The notes under the pieces were generated by a model that saw only the letters and a program-made list of their open reading frames with translations, did no database searches and was not told where the DNA came from. Shown here piece after piece: positions 24,293 through 37,219 of a stretch of 64,000 bases of DNA (position 1 is its first letter; each line of letters begins with the position of its first letter). A program made the position numbers and the translations under genes. The stretch lies in assembly GCF_006345805.1 (NCBI RefSeq), contig NC_043010.1:61690001-61754000 (forward strand), given 5' to 3'. This DNA is from Octopus sinensis (lineage: Eukaryota).

Positions 24293-25373
24293 ATATACAC
24301 ACAGACCCACACACACGCACATGGTTTCAATCAACGGAACAGCCTGCTCACGAAGTGAACATTCAAGTGGCCGAGTACTCCACAGACACATGTACCCTTA
24401 ACAACAGTTGTCAGGGTACAACTCATTTTTGCCAGTTGAGTGGACTGGAGCAACATGGAATAAAGTGTTCCGCTCAAGGACATAACACACTGCCAGGAAA
24501 GATAAACAGACTTTTGGTGTAAACCCGTCCACATCATGTTAGTGAGCTCCATATCTCAATAGAGGAGTCAATGTCTCCTCAGACAGCAAAATACCCTGAG
24601 AGGAGTTTGGCCCCTTCCAATAGAACCCCACAGTTTCATTATGTGATTTCTATGCAACACACTCCTCCCCAGCTTATCAGTTCTTCCAATCTGTGCAAGA
24701 TTATTGCCCTCAACCTCTTGTCCTTTTATTACGTATTTCATTAATGTTTCCCTTGGTCGGTGGATCTCCATTATTTGTGTCTGTGTCACGTTAGAGGAGT
24801 TCCATTCCAAGTGTGAAACCTATGGCTGACATTGTGCTCCCAGCTGCACTTCCTGCCTTCATAAAGGTCCATACCGCATTGCTGTGTAGACCTTTATGGT
24901 AAAGCACATCGAGGACTGGCAGTAAATAAAAAATACAAACTGAATTTACTCAGGTACAAGATGTACCCCTAATTTAGGGCTAAATCTTGACACAAAGTTC
25001 TTTCCCATCATAGATTGAGCTTTGACCCATGTATAAGTCAAACCCTAGATTTTACAGCTAAAATCAAGCATAAAATAGAGACTTATATACACAAGTAAAT
25101 ACAGTGTATATGTATATATATATATATACACACACACACACCACACACACACACCTATATAGACATCTTTTTATTTTTTTTTTTTTTACTTGTTTCAGCC
25201 ATTTGACTGCGGCCATGCTGGAGCACCGCCTTTAGTTGAGCAAATCGACCCCGGGACTTATTCTTTGTAAGCCCAGTACTTATTCTATCGGTCTCTTTTG
25301 CCGAACCGCTAAGTGACAGGGACGTAAACACACCAGCATCGGTTGTCAAGCAAAGCTAGGGGGACAAACACAT

Positions 25374-25400
<27 letters not shown>
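23161..25400. repeat. 1138-bp near-identical tandem duplication
   Basis: The sequence 'acacagacccacacacacgcacatgg' occurs at 23161 and 24299, and the units run colinearly until the (CA)/(TA) tracts. Confidence 0.92.
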
Positions 25401-25458
<58 letters not shown>

Positions 25459-25630
25459 TATACGACAGGCTTCTTTCAGTTTTCGTCTACCAAATCCACT
25501 CACAAGGCATTGGTCGGCCCGGGGCTATAGCAGAAGACACTTGCTCAAGATGACACGCAGTGGGACTGAACCCGGAACCTTGTGGTTGGTAAGCAAGCTA
25601 CTTACCACACAGCCACTCCTGCGCCTATAT
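25185..25630 (-). mobile_element. SINE S1, full length; the tail-only duplicate lies at 24043-24240
   Basis: Reverse-complement S1 tail, TA tract and head 'accacacagccactcctgcgcct' are all present. Confidence 0.9.
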
Positions 25631-27202
25631 ATAGGTATCAAATAAAAAAAACAAGAGAAGTTGGCAGTGAATGTCATTAGGGTTGATGCCCAAAGAAGAA
25701 TGGAAATAATAAGGAGAATCAGATTTAGGAGATGGTTCTTTGGATATTAAGAGAAAAGTCCAGAAAAGGAAACTGGGATGAGAAGAAAATAAAAGGAATA
25801 AAAATAAAAGAAGAGAGTGGGTGGGGGGAAGACAGAAGACACAGGGGATAAGTCCACATATCTGATACTTTTTCTCAGACCCTCTGTGTGTGTGCATGCA
25901 CGTGTGTGTGTGTGTGTGTATGTAAGTTTTTGAATCACTAATGCGACTACAGGCCTGTAATTTTAAAGGGGACAAGGCAACCAGATTAGTGCTGCTACCC
26001 ATGACAAAATGCACCCAGGACACATTGTAATTCTGTGATAGAGAGGACAGCTGGTGCCGCTCCCCAGTTTACCAGTTTTCAGTCAAACTGTCCAACCCAT
26101 GCCAGCATGAAAAAAGGACATTAAATGATGATGATGATAATGTACGTGTGTGTGTGTGTGTGTGTGTATGTATATATATGGAGCTGTGCGGGTGGCACGT
26201 AAAAAGCACCCACTACACTTACGGAGTGGTTGGCATTAGGAAGGGCATCCAGCCGTAGAAACACTGCCAGATCTGACTAGGCCTGATGAAGCCTTCTGGC
26301 TTCACAGACCCCAGTTGAACCGTCCAACCCATGCTAGCATGGAAAACGGACGCTAAACGATGATGATGATGATGATGATGTATACACATACACACACCGT
26401 TAATCACACATCCTTTTATCATGTCTATCACCCCTACCACTTTCATCCAACCCCTTTATCTCACACACCTCTCATACCCATGTCCCTTACAGCTCATCAT
26501 TACTACCCCAGCTCTCTATCTCCTCTTGAGGTTCACATACGTATTGCAGCGGTCCTTCAGTTTTTCTAAGCCCTGTAAAAGAAGTCGGAAGGTCGGGCCT
26601 CCGACCAGGCCTTGCAGATGCAAGAGCAGGTTGACATGTTTAAGTATTGATATGTTTAACAATGGGTTCCATTGTTGACCAAACAGTGGACCACAGCTGG
26701 GAAATCAAAACAAAACTTGCTGCAGAAAGACCAGACCTGAGGTCACCCAGTACAATACAGGGAAATGGAAACCTCAGCAAAAACATTAAAGTGAAACCTC
26801 TAAAAGCCTGGTCTGGTCAGGAGCATTGCATGGGTGTAAAGTGCAGACCCTAAGGATGGTGGACACTGTGTGATTAAGGGGTGGGATTGAGATGACACAC
26901 TAGAGGAGAGGGCTCAGTGGGGGAGGGTTACAGAACAAAGGATTCAATACTGGAGAAGATAAGAGTGGAACGGAAGTTGGTGGTGATGGTCAGAAAAAGT
27001 TACCAAGGTCCAGAATGTCTGTACCCACATCTGGATGGAAACAGGCCCACGACTGACTAAAGGAAAGAGGGAGTGATTACATCAAGGAGGGGACAGGAAG
27101 GATCCTGGTAGAATGTATGGGTGTGACAGGGGCCAGTGGTGTGTGTTAAGGAGTGTAGGTCATGTCTGAGAACCTCAGAATTCAGCTATGAAGGTGAGTA
27201 TA

Positions 27203-27251
<49 letters not shown>

Positions 27252-27924
27252 AACGATTACATTACATATAAACAAAAATACATATCTATACACACATACA
27301 AATGTGTATGTGTATCCATACGCACACATATAAGAGTATATATATATATATATATATACACACACATATACAATTATAAATACATTTACATATATATCTA
27401 TATATATACATACATTTATATATATATATTTGAATATAATTATATCTATGTACATATATAAGCTTTATACGCATGTCTATGTGTGTGTGTGTGTGGAGGC
27501 ATGTGGCTTAGTGGTTAGAGCACTGTACACATGAACATAAGATTGCTGTTTCGATTCCTGGACCGGGAGATGCTATGAATTCTTGAGCAAAACACTTCAT
27601 TTCCTCTTGTTCCAGTCTACTCAGCTGGCAAAAATGAGTGACCCCGTGACAGACTGGCATCCGGCCCAGTAGGGGGGAATATATACGACGCAGAATTCTG
27701 AGAAACCAGCCTTATTAGCCTATGGCTTGGGAAGGACCTCTGGCCCTATCGATATACGTATATGTTTGTGTGTGTATATATATATATACATCATCATCAT
27801 CGTTTAACGTCCGTTTTCCATGCTGGCATGGGTTGGACAGTTTGACTGAGGACTGGCAAGGCAGATGGCTGCACAAGGCTCCAATCTGATCTGGTAGAGT
27901 TTCTTCAGCTGGATGCCTTTGACC

Positions 27925-28110
27925 GCGTGTGTACCGTTGCCGATTTTTTTCCCTCTGTCTTCCCTTCTCCTATGTTTCCGACGAAGAGCTTCACTCGAAA
28001 CGTCAAACCCTCCTTCTTTCCTTCTTTCCTGAGCGTCCAATAATACTATATTTGTTCCACGTCCTCGCGTTGTGTTTTTTTTGTGCTTTCTTGTTTGGAT
28101 TAACTTTTAT
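27925..28110 (+). mobile_element. Penelope-like 3' tail with minimal hammerhead motif at 27974-28008
   Basis: Layout: GTTT / CCGACGA / A-GAG-CTTCA-CTC / GAAA / CGTC / AAAC. The segment is homologous to 7735-8000. Confidence 0.6.
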
Positions 28111-28113
28111 ATA

Positions 28114-28158
<45 letters not shown>

Positions 28159-28341
28159 CAATAATTAAGGGTAAAATCAATTAGTTATTAATTAATTTCA
28201 CCAAGTAGTGTTCAGTATGTAAAAGGACCATTCAAGGCGTATTCAAAATATTACTTTATATAATTAAGGGCTCAGTAAAATAATCTACTTTGCCACATAC
28301 TGAAATTTTTAGAAATAGCAGCCAAAAGTTTCTTTAGCCAT

Positions 28342-28374
<33 letters not shown>

Positions 28375-28382
28375 ATTATATA

Positions 28383-28594
28383 TGGGGGGGGGGGCTGAGA
28401 AGTTCCTGGCTTTGGGTACAAGGAGGATCAGTTAATTATGATTTTATTCAACATATTCCCCTTCTCAAATTCACACATTTATTGCAGAGGCCCCTCAGCT
28501 TTTCTAAGCCCTGTAAAAGAACTCAGAGGTTGGGCCCCCAACCAGACCTTTCGCAAAACCTTTAAAACCAGGAACTTTTCAGTACCCTCCTCGT
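28383..28594 (-). mobile_element. mariner-derived MITE (deletion derivative)
   Basis: The TIRs are 'gggggctgagaagttcctgg' and 'ccaggaacttttcagtaccctcctcgt'. The interior encodes a decayed transposase end (GLEKL...KCVNL..EYVE*). A related fragment lies near 26535-26660. Confidence 0.75.
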
Positions 28595-28624
28595 GTGTGT
28601 ATGTGTCTATATATATACATGTGT

Positions 28625-28995
28625 AGGTGTAACTATGTGGTAAGACGTTCCCAGCCACATGGTTCCGGGTTCAATCCCACTGCATGGCACCTTGCACGAG
28701 TGTCTTCTAATATAGCCTTGAGCTGACCAAAGATTTGTGAGTGAATTTAGTGCACGGAAACTGAAAGAAGCCCATCGTATGTGTGTATTTGTGTTTGTCC
28801 TCCCACCATCGCTTGACAACCGATGTTGGTGTGTTTACGTCCCCCGTAACTTAGCGGTTCGGCAAAACGAGACCGATAGGATGAGTACTAGGCTTACAAA
28901 GAATAAATCCGGGGGGGGGTCGATTTGTTCGACTTAAGGCGGTGCTCCAGCATGGCTGCAGTCAAATGACTGGAATAAGTAATAGAATAAAAGAA
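28625..28995 (+). mobile_element. SINE S1, followed by a partial copy to about 29230
   Basis: Head, body and tail motifs are present. Confidence 0.85.
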
Positions 28996-29479
28996 TGTGT
29001 GCGCGCGCGTTTGTCCCCCACCCCTCGTACCAGCACTTGACAACCAGTATTTATGTATTTACCTCCCCCGTAACCAAGCAGTCTGTTGAAAGAAAACTGA
29101 TAAAATAATTAGCAAGCTTTTTTTTAAAAAAAAAAAAACGTTTCTGGGATCGATTCATTTGAGTAAAAACTCTTTGAAAGCAGTGCTCCAGCATGGCCAC
29201 AGTCTAATGCCTGAAACATTAAAAGATAAAAACTGCAAACATACATGCACGCGCGCACAACACATACATGTATATACGTATTTATGAATATGAGTATAAT
29301 ATATGTATATATAACTATATATATATGTACATGTGTGTGTGTGTGTGTATACAAATCTATTTTTTTCGGATTGGGTATAAAGTTAGATGTGTGACTCAGA
29401 GGCCAAGAGTCTCATACCTTGTATTTACAAATATATATATATATATATATCGTCATACTACATGTATATAACACATACA

Positions 29480-30260
29480 TATACATAATATACACGCACA
29501 CAAACACACACATATATATGTATATATACATATATGTATACACACTCACATACACACGGACATATAATATATACATGGGTAAATTACCTATACGTGTATA
29601 CACACACATATATACATACACACACATATATATATATACATACATGTAGACATATACACATACATATATTATACTTACATGCTTTCACACACACATTGAT
29701 ACACAAACATGTATACACACATATATACATACACACACATATATACATAATATAAACATACACACAGACATATACTTACATATTTTCACACACATTCATA
29801 CGTGTATACACACGCATATATACATACATGTAAACATACACACAGATATATTATACTTACATCACACACATGTATACATACATGTAAACATACACACATA
29901 TATTATACTTACATATTTTCACACATTCATAAATGGATACACACACACACATGTATACACACACATATATACACACACACAGACATATTATACTTACATA
30001 TTTTCACACACACATTCATACATGTATACACACACATATATGCATACATGTAAACATACACACAGACATATACTTACATATTTTCACACACACATTCATA
30101 TATGTATACACACACATATATACACACACACAGACATATTATACTTACATATTTTCACACACACATTCATATATGTATACACACACATATATACATACAT
30201 GTAAACATACACACAGATATATTATACTTACATGTTTTCACATAGACACACACAGAGAAA
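29480..30260. repeat. Degenerate AC/AT-rich minisatellite with a unit of roughly 60-85 bp
   Basis: The block 'atattatacttacatattttcacacacacattcata' recurs throughout. Confidence 0.85.
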
Positions 30261-33179
30261 TATATATACCAAGGCTTCCTTACAGTTTCGCTTAAGTCCA
30301 ATCGAATGGCAACGACGATAAATGAAAGACCAGCAACAACAGTAACAACAACAATAATAATAATAATGATCCAGGGCGATTGGTGCGTTTCATTTTCATC
30401 CCAGGGGCCAATATATTTGGCTGTGGAGAAGGAGCGATCGGGCGATCTCTCTCGCTGGAAGCCGAAGAAGATTGCTCGACGTCTACCAAACTAGACCGGA
30501 CCCTCTCGCCGTCGTCATAGTGGCAGACATAGCTGTTGTGGTGGGGGAGGGGAACAGCCGTTGTTGTTGTTGTGGCTGCTGCTGCTGCTGATTCTATTCT
30601 TTCAGCTCTACAACCGCAAAACCAGACCAGTCCAGACAAGAGGGAAGACCAGTGGAGGAGAGAGAGGTTACACTCGAGTTTGAAGAGACAGACACACGTA
30701 CACCATATATAGAGAGAGAAATGCCCCCCCCTCACCTACACACACGTACACCGCCGCCGCCGCCGTTGCCGGGTCTTCCCTGACTGATGTTCTCTCTCTC
30801 TCTCTCTTTCTCTCTCTTTCTTTCTCTCTCTCGCTTCTGGCAAACGTCGTCGCATCATAAACATCAACATTATCTTCACATCAGCAGCTACTGAAATATC
30901 AGCTTCACCATTATTATTATTATTATTATTATTAATGATAATTATAATGAATGTTGTGGCAATGTGATTTACTGACACTTTCTCCTGTCAGCCTTACACT
31001 TCCATCTGATACACAGCCGTCTCCATTATTCACACACACACACACACACTACAAGCACACACACATACAGAAATATAAAACACGTACATATACACACACA
31101 CACGGAAACAGACAAACACACACACACACACACTTCTACTTTACAGACAGGCACATGTTTACACGCAGAAAGATTAATCTGGAACGGCTTCACTTGCGAT
31201 AAACTGTGTAGAAAGTATTCGATTAACCGACATTTATCCGTACAATTAACAAGCAAAAACTCCCCCAACAGTGTTGTAATTGCAGAAACAGAGTGAACAA
31301 GGGAAATAACTCAAATACTCGAATAAAATCGGAATTTTGTAACGAAATTGTTCGTGTTTGAATGGAGAGAGAGAGAGAGTATATGTATTAAAGAACCATC
31401 TGATATTGTGCCTAAATAAATGTCTGTTCGAGATGAAACATAAAGACTGGATTTTCCACAGATGATGCTCAGGCAACCAAAATATCAATGATCAAGTTTC
31501 AATCAATAGATACACGACTGATGTCCAGCCACTCTGTAGCAGTACCACGTGCACCGCGGAGTACAGGGAGTCCCAAAGATCAGCTTGGTCATCCCACTAC
31601 ATCCCTGGTATATTCAGAGTCACTTTGGCCACCTCGGTCACAGGCCCAGTGGTGGAAAAAAAGTCAGTGACGAATAGCAAAAGTGGGTTACTTGTCATAG
31701 ACTTTCTTCAGCATAAGTCGAGAAGATCCGAATTTCTTCAAGGACGGATGTTCTCAACCACTTTTCTACGTATGGACCATTTGATTACCATTTCATTCCA
31801 GTGGACCTCCCACAGCCATTCGATGTATAGAAACTAGTTTTATACACACTTCTTTCAAAATTCTTGTTTTGTTTTTCATACGTTCACTTGTGTAGCTTGA
31901 ACTACACCAGAGAAACAAACCTAGCTGTTTCTTGCAAATTTGGTAGACGGAAACTGAAAAGAAGCCCATAGATAGATATGCGTGTGTATGTATGTATGTA
32001 TTTGTGTGTCTGTGTTCACATCTACAGCAAAACTTCTCCATGAGCCTTTAATATACTACGATAGATCCATAATTTACTATTTTACTTGCGTTGACCTCCC
32101 CCCACCCTCGGGTCATATGGATTCCCGGTTAAGAAACACCGATGTTAGACATTTCATTGTGGCAGTCACAGTAATCATATGGCGTTTGCAATATTGAAAT
32201 ATTGAGGCTGCTGGCTTCTGTTGCACGGAAGATGGAGCATGGAAAGAAGCAGTCTTTGGTTGTCTTTGCGGTTGCATCAACCTCACCACATATATTATCA
32301 TCGTCATCGTTAACGTCCACTTCTCTGTGCTTGCATGGTCAGGCGGAATTTTATTGAAGTAGATTTTTCTATAGCCAGATGCACTTCTTATCGCCAACCT
32401 TCATCTGTTGTCAAGCAAAGTAATATCTTCTCAGGGCCAGACGTGTTTTTCATGGAAAACGAGAAACGAACAACCTCGCTTGTATGACGGTGATGGTCGT
32501 CTACTACCACCACACAAGGTCAATACAACGATACACACACACACATGTATACGACAAGCTTCTTCCATTTTTCGTCTACCAAATCCATTCACAAGTCTTT
32601 GGTCGGCCCGGGGTTACTGTAGAAGATACTAGCCCGAGGTGCCGTGCAGTGGGACAGAACCCAAAACCACAGGATTGCGAAGCAAGCTCCTTAACCACAC
32701 AGCCACGTCTGCGGCTATTATGTGTGTGTTTCCTTGTCATGACATCGCACCCTATTTTATAATAAGCATCACTGCCATACACGCCATGCCGTTTTCAGTT
32801 TTCTGTGAGAACATGTCGAAACTGGGGTGGGGGACTATTACCTTCTTCAGAAAGTGAGGATTGGAGACTGGAAAAGCATCCCGCTGTAAAAGATTTACCT
32901 CAATGAATCTCTTCCAGTCCGTACAAGCAGAAATAGCATTAAAATAATTGTGTGTGTCTATGTTTGTCCCCCTAGCATTGCTTGACAACCGATGCTGGTG
33001 TGTTTATGTCCCCGTTACTTAGCGGTTCGGCAAAAGAGACCGATAGAATAAGTACTGGGCTTACAAAAAAAAAGAATAAGTCCCGGGGTCGAGTTGCTCG
33101 ATTAAAGGCGGTGCTCCAGCATGGCCGCAGTCAAATGACTGAAACAAGTAAAAGAGTAAAGAGTATACATATATACAAG

Positions 33180-33500
33180 GTGAAGAGAGTTTTTCTCACG
33201 AACCCAGTTTCACGCCAGGGCGATCATCAGGTGAAACTAACAGAACTCGGTATTGGCGTGTTTACATATCTGCTGATGAGGTTGGTCTGGGAGTTGTGTC
33301 ACACCAGTGGTTGTATCTTGTACCGGGTGGTACGGTATTTGAATTTTCGCGCAAGTAGGTGGCGGTGTGGGGAGAGGGGCTATTATTAATTTGTTTATGG
33401 AAAATTTAGTAGATTGATGGTGGATGTTTTAGTTTTATTTGTATACTTTCTGTTCATTTATTTACTTGAGTAAATTTTGGCATCTGTGTTTGAATGCCTT
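33180..33500 (-). mobile_element. Penelope-type tail with hammerhead core; left arm of a diverged inverted pair
   Basis: The minus strand reads 'ttcacCTGATGAtcgccctggcgtGAAActgggttcgtgag' at about 33195-33237. Confidence 0.55.
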
Positions 33501-33838
33501 GGATATTCAATTTGAAACAAAAAAAGGGTGTATTTATGTACGGGGGTAGGCGGTGGTGTGTGTATGTGTGTATACATGGGTAGGTGGGTGCAGTCAGTTG
33601 GTTTGCTATTTTTCTAGATGAAACGTATGTATACGTGGTCAGAGGTTTTATGTATTTGTGTATTTCAGCAATATTTTCTTTGCGCGTGCGCGTGTCTGTC
33701 TGCATGTAAGGTCTTTCTCGGTTGATTGATTGGAGTAGGATTAGCTGACAAACATCACACACACACTCAACTGAAATACTCCGCACATACAGACACACAA
33801 GAGAAATTACTCAAGTAAAGAGATAAAAAATATATATA

Positions 33839-34235
33839 GGAGTTGGTTTGTGGTATGAAGTTCGCTTCCCAACCACACAGTTCTGGGTTCAGTCCCACTG
33901 CGTGGCACCTTGGACAAGTGTTTTCTACCATAGCCTCGGGCTGACCAAAGCCTTATGAGTAAATTTGGTAGACGGAAACTAAAAAGAAACCCATAGATAG
34001 ATATGCGTGTGTATGTATGTATGTATTTGTGTGTCTGTGTTTCTCCCTCCACCATCGCCTGACAACCGATGCTGGTGTGTCTATGTCCCCGTAACTGAGC
34101 GGTTCGGCAAAAGGCAACCGATAGAATAAGTACTAGGCTTACAAAGAATAAATCCTGGGATCGATTAGTTCGACTAAAAGGCGGTGCTCCAGCATGGCCG
34201 CAGTCAAATGACTGAAACAAGTAAAAGAATAAAAG
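33839..34235 (+). mobile_element. SINE S1, full length, inserted in the right arm of the inverted pair
   Basis: Head-to-tail S1 motifs are present. Confidence 0.9.
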
Positions 34236-34239
34236 TATA

Positions 34240-34500
34240 ACGGAATACAAACTAGGACGTCTGCCATCAACCCCCTCTGCTTACCACAAACAAATTCAGA
34301 ACTCCCCACCCTACCTACAATCGCATGAAAATACAAACACCGTAACACTAGAACAACATACAGCGAATGGCATAACACAAGTACCAGGTCACCCCCAAAT
34401 ATCAATGGATATATATACATCACCAGTACCGAGTCTTGTTAGTCTCGCCTGATGATCGCAGTAGCATGAAACTGGAGTCACGAGACAAACCCTTTGCTTC
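34240..34500 (+). mobile_element. Penelope-type tail with hammerhead core; right arm
   Basis: It reads 'gtctcgcCTGATGAtcgcagtagcatGAAActggaGTCacgagac' at 34442-34486, with a 6-bp stem I and a GUC triplet. Confidence 0.6.
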
Positions 34501-34527
34501 ACTTTCAATACGGTTTAGCACTCCTTT

Positions 34528-35120
34528 AGGGCGACGAGCTGACAGAAACGCCGGGCGAAATGCGTAGCCGTATTTCGTTTGCCGTTACGTTCTGAGTTCA
34601 AATTCCGCCGAGGTCGACTTTGCCTTTCATCCTTTCGGGGTCGATTAAATAAGTACCAGTTACGCACTAGGGTCGATATAATCGACTTAATCCGTTTGTC
34701 TGTCCTTGTTTGTCCTCTCTGTGTTTAGCCCCTTTTGGGTAGTAAAGAAATAGGTATTTCGTTTGCCGCTACGTTCTGAGTTCAAATTCCGCCGAGGTCG
34801 ACTTTGCCTTTCATCCTTTCGGGGTCGATTAAAATAGTACCAGTTACGCACTGCGGTCGATATAATTGACTTAATCCGTTTGTCTGTTCTTGTTTGTCCC
34901 CTCTGTGTGTAAGCCCCTGTGGGTAGTAAAGAAATAAGAAACGTTTGCACGCCGGACGAAATGTTTAGCCGTATTTCGTCTGTCAAATTCCGCCGTCGTC
35001 CACTTTGTCTTTCATCCTTACGGAGTCGATAAATTAAGTACCAGTTGCGTACTGGAGTCGATCTAATCGACTGGCCCCTCCCACCAAATTTCGCGCCTTG
35101 TGCCTATGGTAGAAAAGAAT
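34528..35120 (+). mobile_element. SINE S2 head-to-tail trimer
   Basis: Three successive 'ttcaaattccgccg...ctttcatcct' cores occur near 34600, 34785 and 34985. Confidence 0.88.
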
Positions 35121-35666
35121 TTAGCACTACCCATTCGCACGACATTAAGCAATGCACATATTTTTGTGTGTATATACTTACACGTATATACGTGTGTGTA
35201 TGCTTACATGTATATACATGTATATGGAGACTCCATGGAGAGTTAAAGAGCAGGTGACTCAATTACTGATAATATCCCAACACAGGACTGAAACCACTCT
35301 GGAATTTCCTCACCACCACCTTTTCTGCCTCCAAACACATTGTATATGGAGACGATGCCGTTTAGATCTGTCGATGACAGGGTGGTGACCAGAATGTGTA
35401 GAAATATTCTGGAGAATAGAATAACGTATATACAGAATTTGCTCGACTAAAAACCTTAAGGTGGTGCCCCAGCATCGCCGCAATCTTATGTATATTATTA
35501 TTATATATATATATATAATATATATAATATATAAAACTTGTCTTGTTTTCCATTTCCCTTCTTCGTTTGTTTACGTATTTCATGTTATTTGCACCGTTGG
35601 TGACGTCCTGTACCTATATATATTGAGTACCTTATTTACTGTGGTTAACCCGATCAACCCGGGACC

Positions 35667-35708
<42 letters not shown>

Positions 35709-35960
35709 ATATATATATTATATCACACACACGCGCATGTTTTATAACTGTGTATATATAGATAGACATAGATAGATAGATAGACAGCTATATAATATAC
35801 ACAAATATATATATATATATATATAGACACATATGTAAATATGTGTATATATATATATATAGGCACATGTAAATATGTGTGTATATGTATATATATACAT
35901 ATATAAATATGTGTGTGTATATATATACATATATAAATATGTGTGTGTATATATATATAT

Positions 35961-37219
35961 TTGTTTGTCTATGCCAGAAAAAAGGCTTTTTCGTTCGTCC
36001 TCTTGTGTTTGTTTTTGTACATGTATTTTAATTTTGCAGTCTTATTGTTACGTCTTGTTTGTGTTCGTACTCATTGTGCCCCGCTGCTTGAAATTTTATT
36101 TTAATTCTCTCGCAGGAAGGCCTATTGGATTAGTGTTCTGTTATGCCTTCGAAACATGCCTGACTCCTCTAGCGACAGCTGATGACGGGTGTTTTGTCCT
36201 TGTGTAACCTGTCCTGTATTTGGTTTTCGTTTTCCGTTTTCTTGTTTTTTGTTTTTTGGCTTTTTCTGTTTCTACGTCTTATGTGATGTCCTGTACTTCC
36301 GTATAATTATTTATATTGCATGTATATATACATGTAGATGTAGGTACGTACATATATGTTTGTATGTATGCATAATTTTTATTTATCTCCTTATTGTCTG
36401 ACAGCGCCCCGCATCAGGTTCGTTCCGATTCGTCGTTTCGATCCACTTCTTGGTCCCCTTTTTTTATATTAATATTATTATATTGAAGATGCGGTACTCT
36501 CTCCCTTTGCTTTAACCCCTTCAATCTTTCTCCCTCCCCCTCCTCCTCTCTCTTCGCCGCGTGTCCCCCTCCTCCTTCCCTCTTCCTTGCCTATAAAACA
36601 AAATTCCTTTACACGTGGTTACCACTATTGAAAAGACTGCCTCCACGCGCTGCTACTACACTTTCGTCCTTGCCAGCAAAAAGGCTTCTTCGTTCGTCCC
36701 CTTGTGTGGTTAATTTCCTGTATAGTATTCTTGTTATTTTCTCGTTTTGTAACTAATTGTACTTTTTGTACATGTATTTTTATTTGTGCAGTTTTATTGT
36801 TTGTCTATGCCAGAAAAAAGGCTTTTTCGTTCGTCCTCTTGTGTTTGTTTTTGTACATGTATTTTAATTTTGCAGTCTTATTGTGTCTTTGTGTGTTCGT
36901 ACTCATTGTGCCCCGCTGCTTGAAATTTTATTTTAATTCTCTCGCAGGAAGGCCTATTGGATTAGTGTTCTTTATGCCTTCGAAACATGCCTGACTCCTC
37001 TAGCGACAGCTGATGACGGGGGTTTTGTCCTTGTGTAACCTGTCCTGTATTGGTTTTCGTTTTCCGTTTTCTTGTTTTTTGTTTTTGGCTTTTTCTGTTT
37101 CTACGTCTTATTGTGATGTCCTGTACTTCCGTATAATTATTTTATATGCATGTATATATACATGTAGATGTAGGTACGTACATATATGTTGTATGTATGC
37201 ATATATTTTATTTATCTCC
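35961..37219 (+). mobile_element. Non-autonomous element with about 430-bp direct terminal repeats, inserted in (TA)n
   Basis: 35961-36391 matches 36797-37219 at an offset of 836. TATAAAA lies at 36592-36598 in the spacer, after a pyrimidine-rich tract. Confidence 0.6.

Noticed and set aside
36114-36190. Type II hammerhead (GAAA before CTGATGA)
   Set aside because: There is no compatible NUH triplet or stem III, and stem II does not close, so it is not called as a ribozyme.
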